A stretch of DNA of 64,000 bases from Tubulanus polymorphus (taxonomy: Eukaryota; Animalia; Nemertea). Below the pieces are notes generated by a model. It saw nothing but the letters and a program-made list of their open reading frames with translations. It was not told where the DNA came from and did no database searches. The stretch spans positions 8,420,275 through 8,484,274 of the forward strand of contig NC_134032.1 in NCBI RefSeq assembly GCF_964204645.1, in the 5' to 3' direction. Below, piece after piece: positions 21,501 to 36,500 of the stretch (positions are counted from its first letter, which is position 1; every line of letters begins with the position of its first letter). Both the position numbers and the translations under genes were made by a program.

Positions 21501-24500
21501 CCAACAATAATGAGGGGTGGTAGGTAGTCATGCAATTCAAGTCATCATTTATTACACGTTACTTCCGTGTTGTTGAAAATCTCGCAAGTCCTGGACCAAA
21601 CCTCAATGAACAATGTGATCTGTGTGCTGGCCACAAATACACACAGATCACACTACACTACCCATTACACACTCCAGTACCCACAGCTTTCATATATCCA
21701 TCCAAATATTTAGTGTCTTTCTTCCTGGGTACTGGGCTCCAGATCCGTGCTCCAAGTAAATAAAACAGAAAACCTTAAAACCTTAACCCTTTCGCTGCAT
21801 CAGGGTGTTTTGTCGCCATGCGTAATGAAAACTAGGTTCCAATATCATGATACAAATTATTGAATCATGGCTCAGAAATAATCAGCCGACCAAAATTTGC
21901 TGATAGATGCTGCCACCTGGTGTAAAAACCAAATACTATACTACGTAATATATTTACAGTTGCTAATAGTCAAAATCGCTTATTGGGTTGGTTAATTGTG
22001 TGATGGGTAGTGCCCGTCGCAGTGAATGGGTTTTAACTTTTATTGTCCTATGACACAACTTATTGTGAATTTCTTTTTTATAAGAAATAAGTATATCTAA
22101 GTGTAAATATACTATCTCCCGTCGACACCATTAGTAACTTTCAGTAGTAAGTTCCATTAGATCATAAAAAACATGAAAAATCGAATAGCACTCTAAACAG
22201 TTTCAATATCCATTAGTAAAACTTATCTGCGTCGATCATTTATAACAAGTTCCTGCACTCGTGCAGTAATACAGTAATAAACAGTTAGCATTAGCTCGCA
22301 TTTTAAACTCGTATTTACACCAATCATGACAGCGAATCGCACGACATCTTCCACTTACGGCTTGACTTATACGGATATATTATTCGTGCCGCGCGAGAGA
22401 CAAACGACTACGTTCATAACCGTGTATTCGCTGAACATATTTCTAGCGGCGACGTTCGGTTTTACCGGCAATAGTTTGATCGTCTCGTTGATGTCGACGG
22501 CTAAATTTCGCGGTAAACTCTACGGCCAACTCTTCCTGTTCATGGCCGTATCCGACACGGGATCGTTGCTTCTCGTGACACTAGGTTGTATCAATAAAGT
22601 ATCGTATCAAATCGACCTGACAATTTTGATCGATGTCCTTCGTAACGACGTCGATTGCGCTGTAGTCGAAATAGTATTAGCGGCTCTAGCGGCTTTAAGT
22701 CCGAATCTCCTTTGCCTGCTCTGCTTCGAAAGGATGTGCGTCGTATGGTTCCCGTTCCGAGGGCCTCGATTCTGGAATTCGAGGGCGTCGAAAACGATTT
22801 CGCTGATTTTCGTCGTCGCGCAAGTTAGCTTGTCGATATGTAATTTGTTTTCGGTGCGTTTCGTAGAAGGGATCGGATGCGTTCACACGAAAGATCGTAC
22901 CGCGAACCGAGCGTTGCAAATCACTTGTATTTTAATCATACCTTGCACCGTGATTATAATCTCAACGACGATAATAGTCGTCACTTTGACGTACAATCGC
23001 GTGAACCACAAAAATCGCTCGTCGTCCTCGGTGTCCGTCATTGTGGCGTCTACTTGTATTTTATTCTTGTTGCTGACGTTTCCCGCGAATATAATTTGGA
23101 TCATGAGTTGGATCGATCCCGGTATCGTCCAATCCGACTTGACGTTTCAAAAAGCTGACATGGTATTCATTTGGAACTACGCGACCAATTTCTATATTTA
23201 TGTATTGACCGGTAAAGAAATTCGTAACACTTTGATGCATTTTATTTCGAAATTATGCAAATTGAAACCAACTTGAACTGAGTTACCTGCTTTTGAACAT
23301 TTCACATTTAAAACCCTTTCAGCGCTGACTAATTCGTACCACCTGAAAATGCTGGAGATGATTAGAAAACTTTGAAAAAGCTGCTGCCATTTTTCATTAA
23401 AAATAAAACTAATTACCAAATACATCGATACAGCTCTGTGCGGTGTGATAGTGAAGTCTGCCAATGTGTCTTGACTTCGTCCATACCCTCTTGAACGAAT
23501 CAATGTATGAAAAATGGGAAATTTCACTAACTTTTCGAATTGTGTGTTTGCCCACTGCATGCAGTTTCTGGGACCAGCCAGTTTTATGTACATGTCACTG
23601 ACAAAAACTCTGTGGAAACAACAGATGAAATCACCCAGTGTGTCCCTGAACTGAACTATATTAGATTATGTCGAAATGGGAAAAATATATTCCCTATGCA
23701 TGTATCTGTCACACCATTGACCTGGTAACTGGTAACCATTGAACTGGTAACACATTTTAACTCACTATCGCAGCAGGTGCAGTGTAAAATACAAATCTAT
23801 CAGAGAAAGTCGCACTGGAGAGATGTGTTGAAACGTTTGATTTTTCACCGCAGGTTTTGAAGGAAATGATTGCAGTATTAACTACGACGACTGCGCGTCT
23901 GCTCCTTGTTTAAACAACGCCACCTGTCGTGATGAAATCAACTCATACACGTGCACTTGCCAACCAGGTTTGTGAAAATTCTCATTCATGAATTCCCCTA
24001 TGCCATCATCAAATTATGTCTATAGGCAGATAAATGGTGTTCCTGATTATCAATTTGTATTTGTTGCTATTTTATGACGAAAAATATCAATTTGATTTGT
24101 GATAATGCGTACAGAAATATGACGATGAAAAGATGTTACTGAGGGTCGTACTGTTGATCGCTGATTAATTTGAACATTTTCTTTCATATTTCAATGAAAT
24201 ATTACTGAAAAAATTAAACTTGTCGCCGATGGCACTTGTCAGGGATTGGCCGCCCTGAATCATCAAATTTTCTTCGTTTTCTTGCACTTGTTGTTATATG
24301 ACTGAATAGCCTTATTAACCCTTTCAGTGCTGACTAATTAATACTCAATAGTACTGGAGATAATTTGAAATTTTTGAAAAATTCCACCCTAGTGTGTTGA
24401 ATAAAGGGAATACCACTATAGTGCGTCTACACCGCGGCACGGTGTATCGTTAGTTACATTTCACTATGTTTGACAGGTGCTGCCATCTTTCAAGAGAGAT

Positions 24501-27500
24501 AATTACTAATGACTAATTAAATCAATACACTGCAGTGCGGAATACTTGCGAAATCCATCACCAATTTATACGCTGCACTGCGATGTAAACGCACTGAAAG
24601 GGTTAACAATTTGATAAGACGTTCTAATTAATAATCGATTTATTCCAGGATTTATTGGTATTAACTGCGAGATTAACGTCGATGATTGTTCTCCGAACCC
24701 GTGCAACGTTACCGGTACGCGTTCGTGTATAGACGGCGTCGATCAGTTCACATGTTCGTGCCGGGACGGATTCGCCGGTCGCGACTGTTCGCGCGTCGTA
24801 AACGAATGCGCGTTTTCGAACACGTGCAAAAACAGTGCCACTTGCCGCGTATCGGCGTCGGGCGCTATGGAATGCGCGTGTACGGCGGGCTACGTGGGCG
24901 CCACCTGTGAACGCAGAATAGACCCGTGCGCGAACGTCGCTTGCCTGAATAACGGAACTTGTGTCGGCGAAGTGAATGGGTTTCGATGTGTTTGTTCGAA
25001 AGAATTCAACGGAACGTACTGTCAGGTACAGTGTATTCTAGTTTAATCGCGACAAGAAAGTAATCCTTGGTTACAGTCGACTATGTACGTAGTTGAAATA
25101 AGTTCATTTCCAAATAATCCTTGGTTACATTCGATTACGTTGAAATAAGTTCATTTCTGATGTTTTAACCATTATACCCAGTTTTGGGGTCAACCCCTTT
25201 AAAACCCTTTCACTGTGTATGGTGAGCTGGGCTCGTCATAAAATTGACATTTGATGTCCGTAAAGACGAACTCACTAGGCGCATCGCACTCTGGGTGTTC
25301 GGTTAAACTTAGTTCCGACTTTTCCTGAGAGATGGCGATACTTTAGCCAATTTGTTCGAGCGGTTTCGCGGCTATTCATGCCAGGTCATGGCTCATTGCA
25401 TGTGCCATGCTGTTGCATTCAGATGTTGTTCAGAATTAAGAAATAATAATATAAATATAATATTTGCTAGGCACAATAAGAAATAAAGGGTTTTGTTCGA
25501 TTTAAAATTGCTATAATCTTTTGACCTGGGACCCCTGCCTAGGACACCATAATTCAACCATACTTGCAGGGTAATGGTTAACCCATAAAATTGTCAATCC
25601 GAGTAAAATGTTCAACTCTAGAATCAAGTTGTACCGTGAAAATATCCTTACGGGTGGTTTTGTTTTTCTAGAATGAGTTGACCGGTTGTCAGTTGTTACC
25701 ATGTCAAAATGGTGGTTTATGCGTTGACTCAACGTCAGGCAGTAACTTTACTTGTTACTGTAAAAATGGTTTCGTAGGTGCGTCTTCAAATAGGAATTAT
25801 TTCAATATCTGATAACGGTTTTAGTCTCTGTTATAGTCTATGGGATCGATTGATTTTCAGGTGACGATTGCTCGGTCAATTACGACGAATGTTCGAATGA
25901 CCCTTGTCAAAATCAGGGTACCTGTATCGATGGAGTCGCGGATTTCAACTGTACTTGCCCGCAAGGGTTTCGAGGTATGATGACGCTGATCTTGAATCTT
26001 AAGACCATGCTGAACCCTTTCTGGCCCGAGGCTTTATGCTACGGTGCGGCTGAGGCTAATTTGCTAATTAGGGGGCATTTGATTAAGAACAGGATACACT
26101 TTCAGCCTATTCAATTTTGGAAATTATCCATGATGCTTGACCATTGAAATTTGCCCTTTGACCTCCAGCAAAGTATTTTTTTCAACTTTATTTTATAAAT
26201 TGAATGAACTCTAACTCAATAGATTCATTACTGAACTGAACAGTTTTTAATTTCTGACATAGTAGGCCTACAATGTCTTCGCTTTCCAAAAAAACATAAG
26301 TTTACTCAACAAATGATATACATGTAAATGTGTGTCAACTTACAATTCAAGTAAGAATTTTCCAAAAGTGATGGTCAACATGGTTTTATAAAAGAAAGGT
26401 CTACAAACAGTCAATTAGGCCTACTTGAAACCATGGATGACTGGACCAGATACTTTGACTCCCGAAAGGCCTATAGTCTAAGGATTTCGAAAAAAAAACA
26501 TTTTGATAAGGTAGTACATCAGTGATGAGAATAAATAAGCTATTAGGAAACGGTATCAATGATGGGCTACTTAAATGGCTCAGCAGTTTTCTCCAACCTA
26601 AAACAGGCGGTCATAATCAACTGAACTGTCTCATTTGGAAATAATTAGGCCTAACTAGTGGAGTAACGCAAGGTATACTTGATACAGGTACTACACGATG
26701 AATAGTCTAGTCAAAATACGATTAATAACACCTGGCTTTTAAATATTGCAATAAAAGTTTTATTGTTTTAAATGTTCTATCTAATAGGTCATGCAGGACC
26801 ACAAGAAAATTCTTATCCACAATAAAGGGGACAATTTGCTTATTCTAAAAATGGCCACCATTGCACGGGCACCTTGTAAATCGTTGGGCATGTCGATCTT
26901 TTCAAGCCATCATTGTGGAAAGCCCTTCAGATAAGGCCCTGGTACGGCTTGAGTTTCGGAGACTTTTATGAAATATCCATAGTCATAATAATTAGGTTTA
27001 ACACGTTCGCTGCCACCTAGCGGTTTAAGGTCCAGTCGCCATTGCCAACGCTAATTTTTGACATTATACAATTTATATGCTGCCAGCACTATTTGTACAT
27101 TGATAAATCAATACACTGATCTATTTTAGTATAAAAAACCACATGACGAGATAGCTCGTCACTAGCAATGGTGAAGAGATTCCCAATTTTTTCTTGTCCC
27201 CATTGCCAGTGAAAAGTGTGAAAAATCAAATAGAAATCTAAAACAATAAAAGTTTTATTGTAAAAATGATATAGAATGATTTTAGTCGTTATATTCTCTC
27301 TAAGTATTGGCCGGAATAGAAGCTAAAATTCATTGCTTTCTGAAGATTCTTTTGAAAAAATTTCAAGTGTGCACCAGACCTAAATTACCCCCATAAATAA
27401 TATCTTAGTCTCTCCATACTGCCAGACTATTTTTAGCTGTTTTCTCGCCTCTACCAGGTCATTCATAACGCTATCAAATGATGTTGAATCGATGACGATA

Positions 27501-30500
27501 TAACTCATCATGGCAAACTGCGGTGCACCCACCATGACGATTTATCTCGTCAGCGGCAGCGAACGTGTTAATCTCTAAAGCGTCAGATTAGCAAATTCAA
27601 TCTAATTTTATTCGGCCAAAAAATTGATCCGTAGTATTTGTTCTACGTTAGCATCTGTGTGATGAATCAGCCTAACTTTTAGCTGATATATGAATTGGTA
27701 TAATTTCTATGAAGGCGATAGATCTTGGAGTAATTTTTTGATGATTAGTTCGAGGATAGATAAAGAAAGGGTAAGGGAAGAAATTTATCTTCGCCAATAT
27801 TATGAAAACAGGACCTTGATAGCACATGAGCTTTGGTCCTCTAGGTTAGAATGGAAATTCTGCTTTTCAAAATATCGGGCCACTATCATTTTTGAAATCT
27901 CGTAATTTTCTTTTGGGATTGAATGATTTTCAGGTAAAACGTGCGAGATCAATGTCGACGATTGTCAGCCGAACCCGTGTCAAAATAGCGCCACCTGTGA
28001 CGACGGTGAGAACAACTACACGTGTCGCTGTCAGTCCGGTTATACAGGTACATGGAAATTTCTATATTCTCCCTTATCCCTAATTTGTTTCTATAGTTAT
28101 ATAGGTTTGCTTATGTGTAAAAGAAATTACCTAACTCAAACATTATTCCCCATTCTTAGTTTTCTATCTTTTCTTTAACCCAGTGTAAAACCTGTTTTTC
28201 ATGGAGCCCCGATGCAGTGAACTCTCTCATTTCCGCTCTACGTTCCCTGCTTGTAGTAGAGAGTCTGTAGATGTTTTAGACTAAGGTTGGTGTCGATTTA
28301 GTTAATATCTTTCTTGAATCATTCATCCAGGCCTCTGGTAGAAAACTAACTAACATAACTGATGAATCACTGTTTTATCGGTTAAACTTTCGGTTTGTAA
28401 AAACTAAGATGCCGTATACATTTATCCATAAACCCTACAACAGGGTGGCCACCTGGAAATCAGGGAAAAGTTGAGGAAATTTCTCTTTAAAGAGTCAAGA
28501 GAATGTTTTGAAATGTAATTATTATATGAAACATGATCGTTGTGAAAAATATGAATAATTAATGACCATAAGGTAATGTTTTTATATCATCACTCAAAAT
28601 ATATCTTTTATCATCAAATGGATTTAAACTAGTTTTTTTTCAACTTCACTTATCTACATTTCGTGGTCTTCTGATCTTAAAATATAGGTTTATTAAATTT
28701 CATTGCTGTTCTTTTAAATTTTGGTGCTGTTAAATAATCTTCAAATCATTTATTTCAAGGAATTTTGTGAAAAAGCTTATGATCAGGGAAATGTCAGGAA
28801 AAAATTTGTCGAGATAATTCGGTTGTGCTATCACTTTCCGTTTCGGTGGTACATATTTGGCTTTGTTTATTGATTGGATTCTTAGCAGAGGAAAACAACG
28901 TCATGTCAGGGAAAAAGGAAGTCAAATAAAAGAGGCCACCCTAGAAATTATAAACCCAGATTTTTCCACTCAATTACAGGACCACAATATACCTTGATAG
29001 TCTATTCATCAAACTATTTTTTATTGGGAAAGATAAATTGATTGCTTTTTAGGTAGAAATTGTGAAATTGAGTCGAATGATTGTGAACCGGACCCATGCG
29101 TGAATGGCGGGCGATGCCGTTACAGCAATATGGGTCGCCATAGTTATGTATGCGATTGTTTGTACCCGTATAAAGGGTTGAATTGTTCGCAACGAGCGTG
29201 TGACCTGTTACCCTGCTGGAATAGGGGGCGCTGCATCGACGACCCCGCGCAGCATCCCGACGGGTTCCGGTGCGACTGTCCACCCGGCTGGACTGGTAAG
29301 TTTGAGTATCAATCTTTATCATATTTCCACAGCTGTTGGTCAAGAGTCATGATTTAGTCCAGAAGTGGTCGCAAATCTTAAAACCGACCTTACCCCCGGT
29401 TGCGGCAAGTTTCTGAAAGTTTCAGTGTAGATAAGAACTAATAACTTATAACATCAATCTCACGTGACTATGAAAAAAGTGAAAATATATTACACATGCA
29501 AGATTCTATAAAAAATTTTAGTTTGTGGGTGCAATTTTCTTTTGTCCAGGAAATCGATGTCAGAGGAAGGTCGACTTGTGTCAGCAGCAGACGGCGAGCG
29601 TTGGCTTGCAACGATGTCAAGGTCATGGACAGTGTATCAGCAGTACGGACTCGGGATATACGTGTCTATGCGGGCCGGGATGGGCCGGCAACGACTGCGA
29701 AAAACCGATCAACGATTGCTACACGAATAACTGTACGAACAACGCCACCTGTAGGGATGAGTATTTGACGTACGAGTGCGTCTGCCCGCCCGGTTGGGAG
29801 GGCGCATTTTGCGAACGCGAAAAAAACGAATGCGCCGACTTGCCGTGTAGAAACAACGCCACCTGCCTGGATAAATTCAACGATTTCGAGTAAGTACTGA
29901 AATTTGTGAATCGATTGTGAACTGAATCCTTTCTGTGTTGAGGACTTGGATATCCAAGCACAAATTCGTGAATCAAAATCATAAGAACCTCCAAATAAGA
30001 TATAAGATTGTGTTAAGTATAGTTTTCATAAAAAATTCATGAATTTATATTTTCATTGATAATTTATTTACTTTGATTGACTAGAGTGAAAAATTTGATT
30101 TTCATTGAAATTCATAAGAAATTATGGGTTACTGATTAACTATTGCTACTAACAAATGTAAAAAGTGGCACCTTGTGGATCCACACACAAATGGAATCCT
30201 CTATTCGCATAATAGGTAATAATGTCTTACCGCACTCAAGCGACCCCTGGTGGATCCTCACTTGCCTTGTGGATTCCTCTATTGCCGCGGTAGTTGATGT
30301 CCCACTTGCCATAGGTGAAATCTGTTACCGCCACAGTAACATTTATAGCCCTAACTATTGATTTTTTGACCACAGGTGCCAATGTAAATCTGGTTGGACT
30401 GGTCATCTGTGCGATATGGAAGTTAACGAATGCGCCAATCGTACAAACCCGTGTCTGAACGGCGGTAAATGTATCGACGCGCGCAATAATTTCACCTGCG

Positions 30501-33500
30501 ATTGTCCGCCCTTTTTTACCGGTTGGTTGTGCGATACGCGTTACGATCCGTGCTCGGACAACTACGATAAATGTCGGAACAACGCCACCTGCCGAACTTT
30601 GTCAAATGGAGATTATAATTGTACCTGTACGAAAGGTAAGGTATCATTTTCTTTAGAAAAATTTTTTCCATGGTTCCTGCGATGCTCGAAAACTTTTTTC
30701 CTCTAATCTGGGGAATATTTGGGAAGTTTATTCTACACTTCATGTAGCATTTGCTAGGGGTTTTTCTTCAGCAATCTGTCTTAAAATCTTCTTTATCAAC
30801 CAGTCACCATGAAAATGTGAAAAATGGATATCTGTTGGCTGCTTGAATTTCGAAGAGATTTGAAAAATGTGAAAATCATGAGAAAAATTGAAAAATGTCA
30901 GTCAAGATATTTTGATCTCCTTTGTATGCCATGTAAAGCTGAGTGCAGATCTTATGTGCAAGCTGTAATAAAGTTTAAGACATTTTATCTTACCGTAATC
31001 TGTTCAGATTGTTTACTTAGATATGAACATGTGAAAAATCCCAATATTTTGTTACAAAAAAATGTGTGAGGATGTGAGAATTCGGGGGTTCATCAATCTG
31101 ACCTCTGAAATGTAACACCCCTCCCCTGCTTAGTATTCTACTACAGCTACCACTTCTCGAAGAAGAAACCAAGACCATAGTTCTGAGACTGGTCTGGCAT
31201 CAACTTTACATACCAATTCTAACGAAGCGTTCCCAATATTTCAGGCTTTTCTGGTAAAAATTGCGAAGTGAATATCGACGAATGTTCACGCCTAGCGAAT
31301 CCGTGTTTAAACGAGGGACGCTGTGAAGATCTTACAGCTGCGTATAGGTGTCACTGTTTAACGGGATTCAGCGGGTCGCGTTGTGAAATAAATGTGGACG
31401 ACTGCGCTACGAATCCATGTGAAAATAAGGGAGTTTGCGTCGATGCCGTTAACAAGTAAGAATTGATGAACTATTTAAGAGCATCCACCCGGCTACACAG
31501 TTCTGAGTAAAAATCTTGTTCATTAAGCGTTCAATTTCTGAAAATGAATTTACTCAGAACAGTGGAACCGAATTTAGTTTTGTCAAAGTGATCCCTCCTC
31601 AGTTTTGAGTCAATGTGGATAGACAGGTAAGTAAACCAGTGTCTTAAGTAAAAACCAGTCTAACCAACTATCAAAGAAAATGGTTCTGGGTTATCCCACA
31701 GGGTTAACTTGATGAGACCCGGGTTATCGGCTCAGCAAAATTAAACCCTTCTCCCAAGGGACGTTTCGAACAAATTCTGAAATTTTTGTCCCTCTAGTTA
31801 TTATTGTAAGTGCTCTGAAGGATGGCAAGGTAGAAACTGCACAATAGACATCGACGAGTGTCTGCCTATGCCCTGTCAAAACGGCGCCATCTGTCGGAAT
31901 TTGATCGGTCGATACGAATGCGTCTGCGAACCTGGATATTCGGGTACGTAGATTAACTTGTTTTCTTAAGATCAGTGATTCTTGATTTGAATCCGAAGTT
32001 GATGAAGGTTGACACTATTTCCAGGTTTAAACTGTTCCGTCGACGATGACGACTGCGCTTCTGCTCTGTGCGCAAACGGTGCCACCTGCGTCGACCTAGT
32101 TAACGGATATCGCTGTGACTGTCGCCGTGGATATGCTGGTAAACAATGTCAGGTGAACATAGATGATTGTGCAAGCAAACCCTGCGTAAATGGCAAGTGA
32201 GTAAAGACCATAGGTCCCCATTAGAACGCAGCGCCCAAATTTAGATTTTACTAAACAAAATTAGTTTATTTTTAAAACACTTCTATGGGCCAGATAATCC
32301 TTGAATTCTTTTGTGTCAAATGAGCGCTACGATAATTAAGGCCCTGACATTGCGTTTGAGGACACCAAAGTTAAAAACTTGTAAAAATGGGCCCCATTCT
32401 TCTCAGATTTTTGGTTTACCTTTGTCAGCAGTATGAGGTTGGCATTGAGCCAATTCATGTAAAATCACGGTACGTTTTTTTTTATGTGAGTATTTTTTTC
32501 ATTGGTTCTCGGGTTAAACGACGTATAATCGATGTAATCAATATAATAATAATTAATGGCGAACGTTTCATTGGACTAAGTGCTGTATATGTGCGAATTT
32601 TAAACGCTCATTGCTGGTGAGAATATAACTATTTCACATATCGCCATAGGTATTGTTTCATTTTAATACCCAGTGATTGTGTTGATTGAGATTGAAGTGA
32701 AGCGAACGTTCACTACACAAGGCCTCCACGTGCGCTGGAGCGCTGACATTAGACTGTTGCACACACAAACACATGCTCATACAGACTACTATATCATGGT
32801 GGTGCTGTAACGCTGCTTGGCGCATGCACGTTTGGTATGATAACAGGCTGAATAATCGTCGTAGCAGAAGATGAGCGCTGTGTTTTCTGTTAGATAGAAT
32901 TTGTAATAAATTGTTATTTCTTGTGGCCTGAAAATACTAAGCAGCAAACTGTAGGTATAGGTCGAGGTCTGAATATTGTAGTGGTAAATTCCAGGATTTA
33001 AAACGATCTAAGACGACGCCCCAGTGTTTTAGCATCTGCGGTCATACATTGGAAGAGGTTTCGTTTCCAAGACTCAATATTCAGCCACCCTCTGATATGT
33101 GACATCATATGAATTTCATTTGAATATTTTTTCATATTGCCACCCTCTGATATGTGACATCATATGAATTTCATTTGAATATTTTTTCATATTGTGAAAA
33201 ATATTTTTTGAAAATATAAATTGTTTCTCTGCCGCGCCTACCTGTACCCTATGAAATTTTGGACATAGACCATAAACAAATGTTTATCTGTGGTCTTATT
33301 TGACTACAAAATAAATTTTTAAGAAAAGATAAAATTCAATATAAACTTCTACAACTTTGAAGTCACGAATTAAAAAGGTTTTTCAAGCAATGCCCTTACT
33401 CCAAACAACCTCTAGCTTTCAAGGTAAACCACACTTTGCCCATGGGCAATTTATTTAGGAGAGTTGTTCAATACTGATTTGTCGGTGAAGAATGATCATT

Positions 33501-36500
33501 TTAACCCCAAATACAAATCTTATTGTACCATTGCAGTAGATTGTATCAATTAGGACTCTATGGTCAATTGTTACAATGAGGGATTCCACTTGGATCCAAC
33601 AACAGGTTCACTAATGTGCAATGATACAACACCGCCCGGATTTCTTCTCGAATTCAATTAAAATCTATCCATAACTTCTCAAATTCTATGAATGATGACC
33701 AGAAATGATGCATGGCGCTCTGTTCGAACCTGTTTAGACCATTCTGAGCTTATCAAGAGACTGATTCACCTAATGTTTTTATGTGGGTGACTGATAATGG
33801 AGTTGTAAGCTTATTTCGAAAACGAATTTAATAATTGCGTTTCCCTATGGAAATGTATGCGATCTAACTGAATAGCTGGTGGCACAGGGTCTTCGTAAAA
33901 TTAACTGGAATTATCTCTCAACTCAAACTTGCAGTTGCATTTTAAAAGCTTCTAACCGATGTTTTATACGTATTTCAGTTGTATCGATCTAGTGGCTGAT
34001 TACCGGTGTAACTGTACCGCCGGTTGGACCGGTTTAAAGTGCGATGTAGACATCGATGAATGCGATTCACAGCCATGTTTAAACAATGCGACGTGTACGA
34101 ATCTGATTAATGGATTCAACTGTACGTGTCTGCCGGGATACGTAGGTAAATATTTTTGTATCGGTCATATCTCACTAGGAGGGTCTGCTAGTACAATCAA
34201 CTCTCGAGTTGTCGCCACGATCTGGACCTCATTGATTTTGGCGGATAAGCGAATAAGCGAATTTAAGTTATCATTTTCTTCAAGACACCCGAAATGGACT
34301 CAAAGCGTATCTATTGTGTTAGTAAGCTGTATTCTATAAACACATGAAATGTTTTATTGAGGACTCGGCCTTGTATTAACTAGTAATAAAACGTTTGTTC
34401 TGTTATAGTAGACTCAGTTCTTAGTGGTAGTGCCAGGACTAGCAAAATGTTACTGGTATAGATATTTTGATTTTATTCATATCGACTAACAGTAGGGACA
34501 GAAAATCTTATTTATATTCTGGCGGTTTGAGCGGATATCCGAATGGGCCGGTACCGCTATTGCCGGAGTCTACTGTAATTGGAATATTCATCAGTGATAT
34601 GATGACAATCTGATTCTAGTCCTTGTAGTCTAACGCAAATGTTCTGATTGGGGGATTTATGGAGGTATACATAATTTCTGAAAGTTTCTATGTTAAAGCA
34701 CAATTTAATGAAATCATAGGGGGATTTTACGCATGGAGCAAATCTTTTTTCAGGAAAGGTGTAAAGATGTCATGATGATGTCAGATGATGATGTGAGAGG
34801 GATTAATAGAAGCATCCATCTTTTCAGACATTTGTCAATATAGGCGATGAATTGATTTGATGATATCATGGAGTGATTGATATGGTTGCGATCTTTACTT
34901 ATTTTAGGTCCTCACTGCCAATTGAATGTAAAAGTGTGCGAAACACCAGGATTCAGTCAGTGTTTCAACGGTGGGAAATGTGAAAACAATTCTCAATCAT
35001 TTACGTGTTCGTAAGTATTACCTATCAGTTACACGTATTTAACTTGTGATATGCACTCGAAACAATTCGTTCCCACTGTGATGATATGATGCCGCCCCTA
35101 ATTGCCACTATGAGTATACTCGTAGTTAACAGGCTTTGGTCAAAATTGACCAATGAACATTGAGATTGAAGAGCAGTCTGTTCACATCGCCATCCAATCA
35201 GGAACTCTGTTATTCTCATGTGCCAGAGTGCAAATATTAAAAAATAGAGAATAGAAAGAACCAGTTGTACGGGTATATTCGTAGCCGACACTGGACACTG
35301 AAGCAGAATTACGAGTATACTCGCATCTGGCGACGAATGTGTTTTAACAATTGTGTATGTGTTAAGTGTAATTGAGGTGACATGCCTAGTTTAGTGAGTT
35401 AGTATATAGAATTTAATGTGATGAAATTTTTTGAAGATTCCATAAAACGAAAGCACAATAATTCGCCTGTTGACTAACAGCCTTCATCTGGGGCAATGAC
35501 CGGTAGTAGAAAGTCGAAGTGTTTGAACTGATAGGATATTAACAGAAGCTACGATTCAGAAACTGAAACTGAAATAATCGTGATTAGTCATAAAACAATA
35601 CTTGGCACATGTTATGATGGATTTCACATGTGCATGTTACAGGAAATGTGTATGTTCGTATAAACATGATTTTGCAGTACATGTATTCATGGTGATGTGT
35701 CTACTGTCTGTCACACCTGCTATTCTTGCGACCTTTTGATCCGTAATTTCGTTAATAAACTGTTGATTTACCTTTATTATGCATCAATTTGTTCAGTATG
35801 GAATTTGCATTCAGAATTAAACAACGATTTTCCCTAAAGATGTTTTTGTTTTCATTTATGAGCGATAGTTTACTCAGCATACGATCGCGTAATGCTAAAA
35901 AATCTGCTCCACGGACGCTTGGAAACGTTTCAGTGACGTCATCACCTGCTCATTAGCATAACATAATAAGTTGGTGGCGCCACGTGACGGGCTGGAAAAG
36001 CCGTTTTTCAGCATTACGCGAGCGTATGCTTAACAATCGCTGATAAATGACCACACATGCCAATTCATAATTTATTTCTGAATGCAAAATCCTTACTGAA
36101 CAAATTGATGCATAATATTCGTAGATCATCTGATTATTAACGAAATTACAGACCAAAACGTCGCACGGAGAGCTTGTGTGACAGACAGTAGTATGTTCCT
36201 CATATGTAATGGTAACATTTTATGACACATTCTACAAGTGTATGTAACATGAATCAAGTATAATCCTATAATGGCAGAAACTTGTTGTACATAATACGTA
36301 GATGTAAAATGCATACGTGCCTGACTATGACCGCAGGTGCTGTTTGAGTGTAGTTTCTACTTCTTCTAAGCGCTCTACTACTCCCGAAAATATCAAAATA
36401 CACTCATGGTTAGGCTAATATTCATTTTCAATTAAACTCCTTCATTTGATGTCAAATTACTCTTTTCATTTCGGCAAAAACTGCTGTAGTGAGATATCGG

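Noticed and set aside
32190-32202. Second apparent GC donor (AATG|GCAAGT)
   Set aside because: The next exon needs phase 2, which the canonical GTGAGT at 32197 provides.
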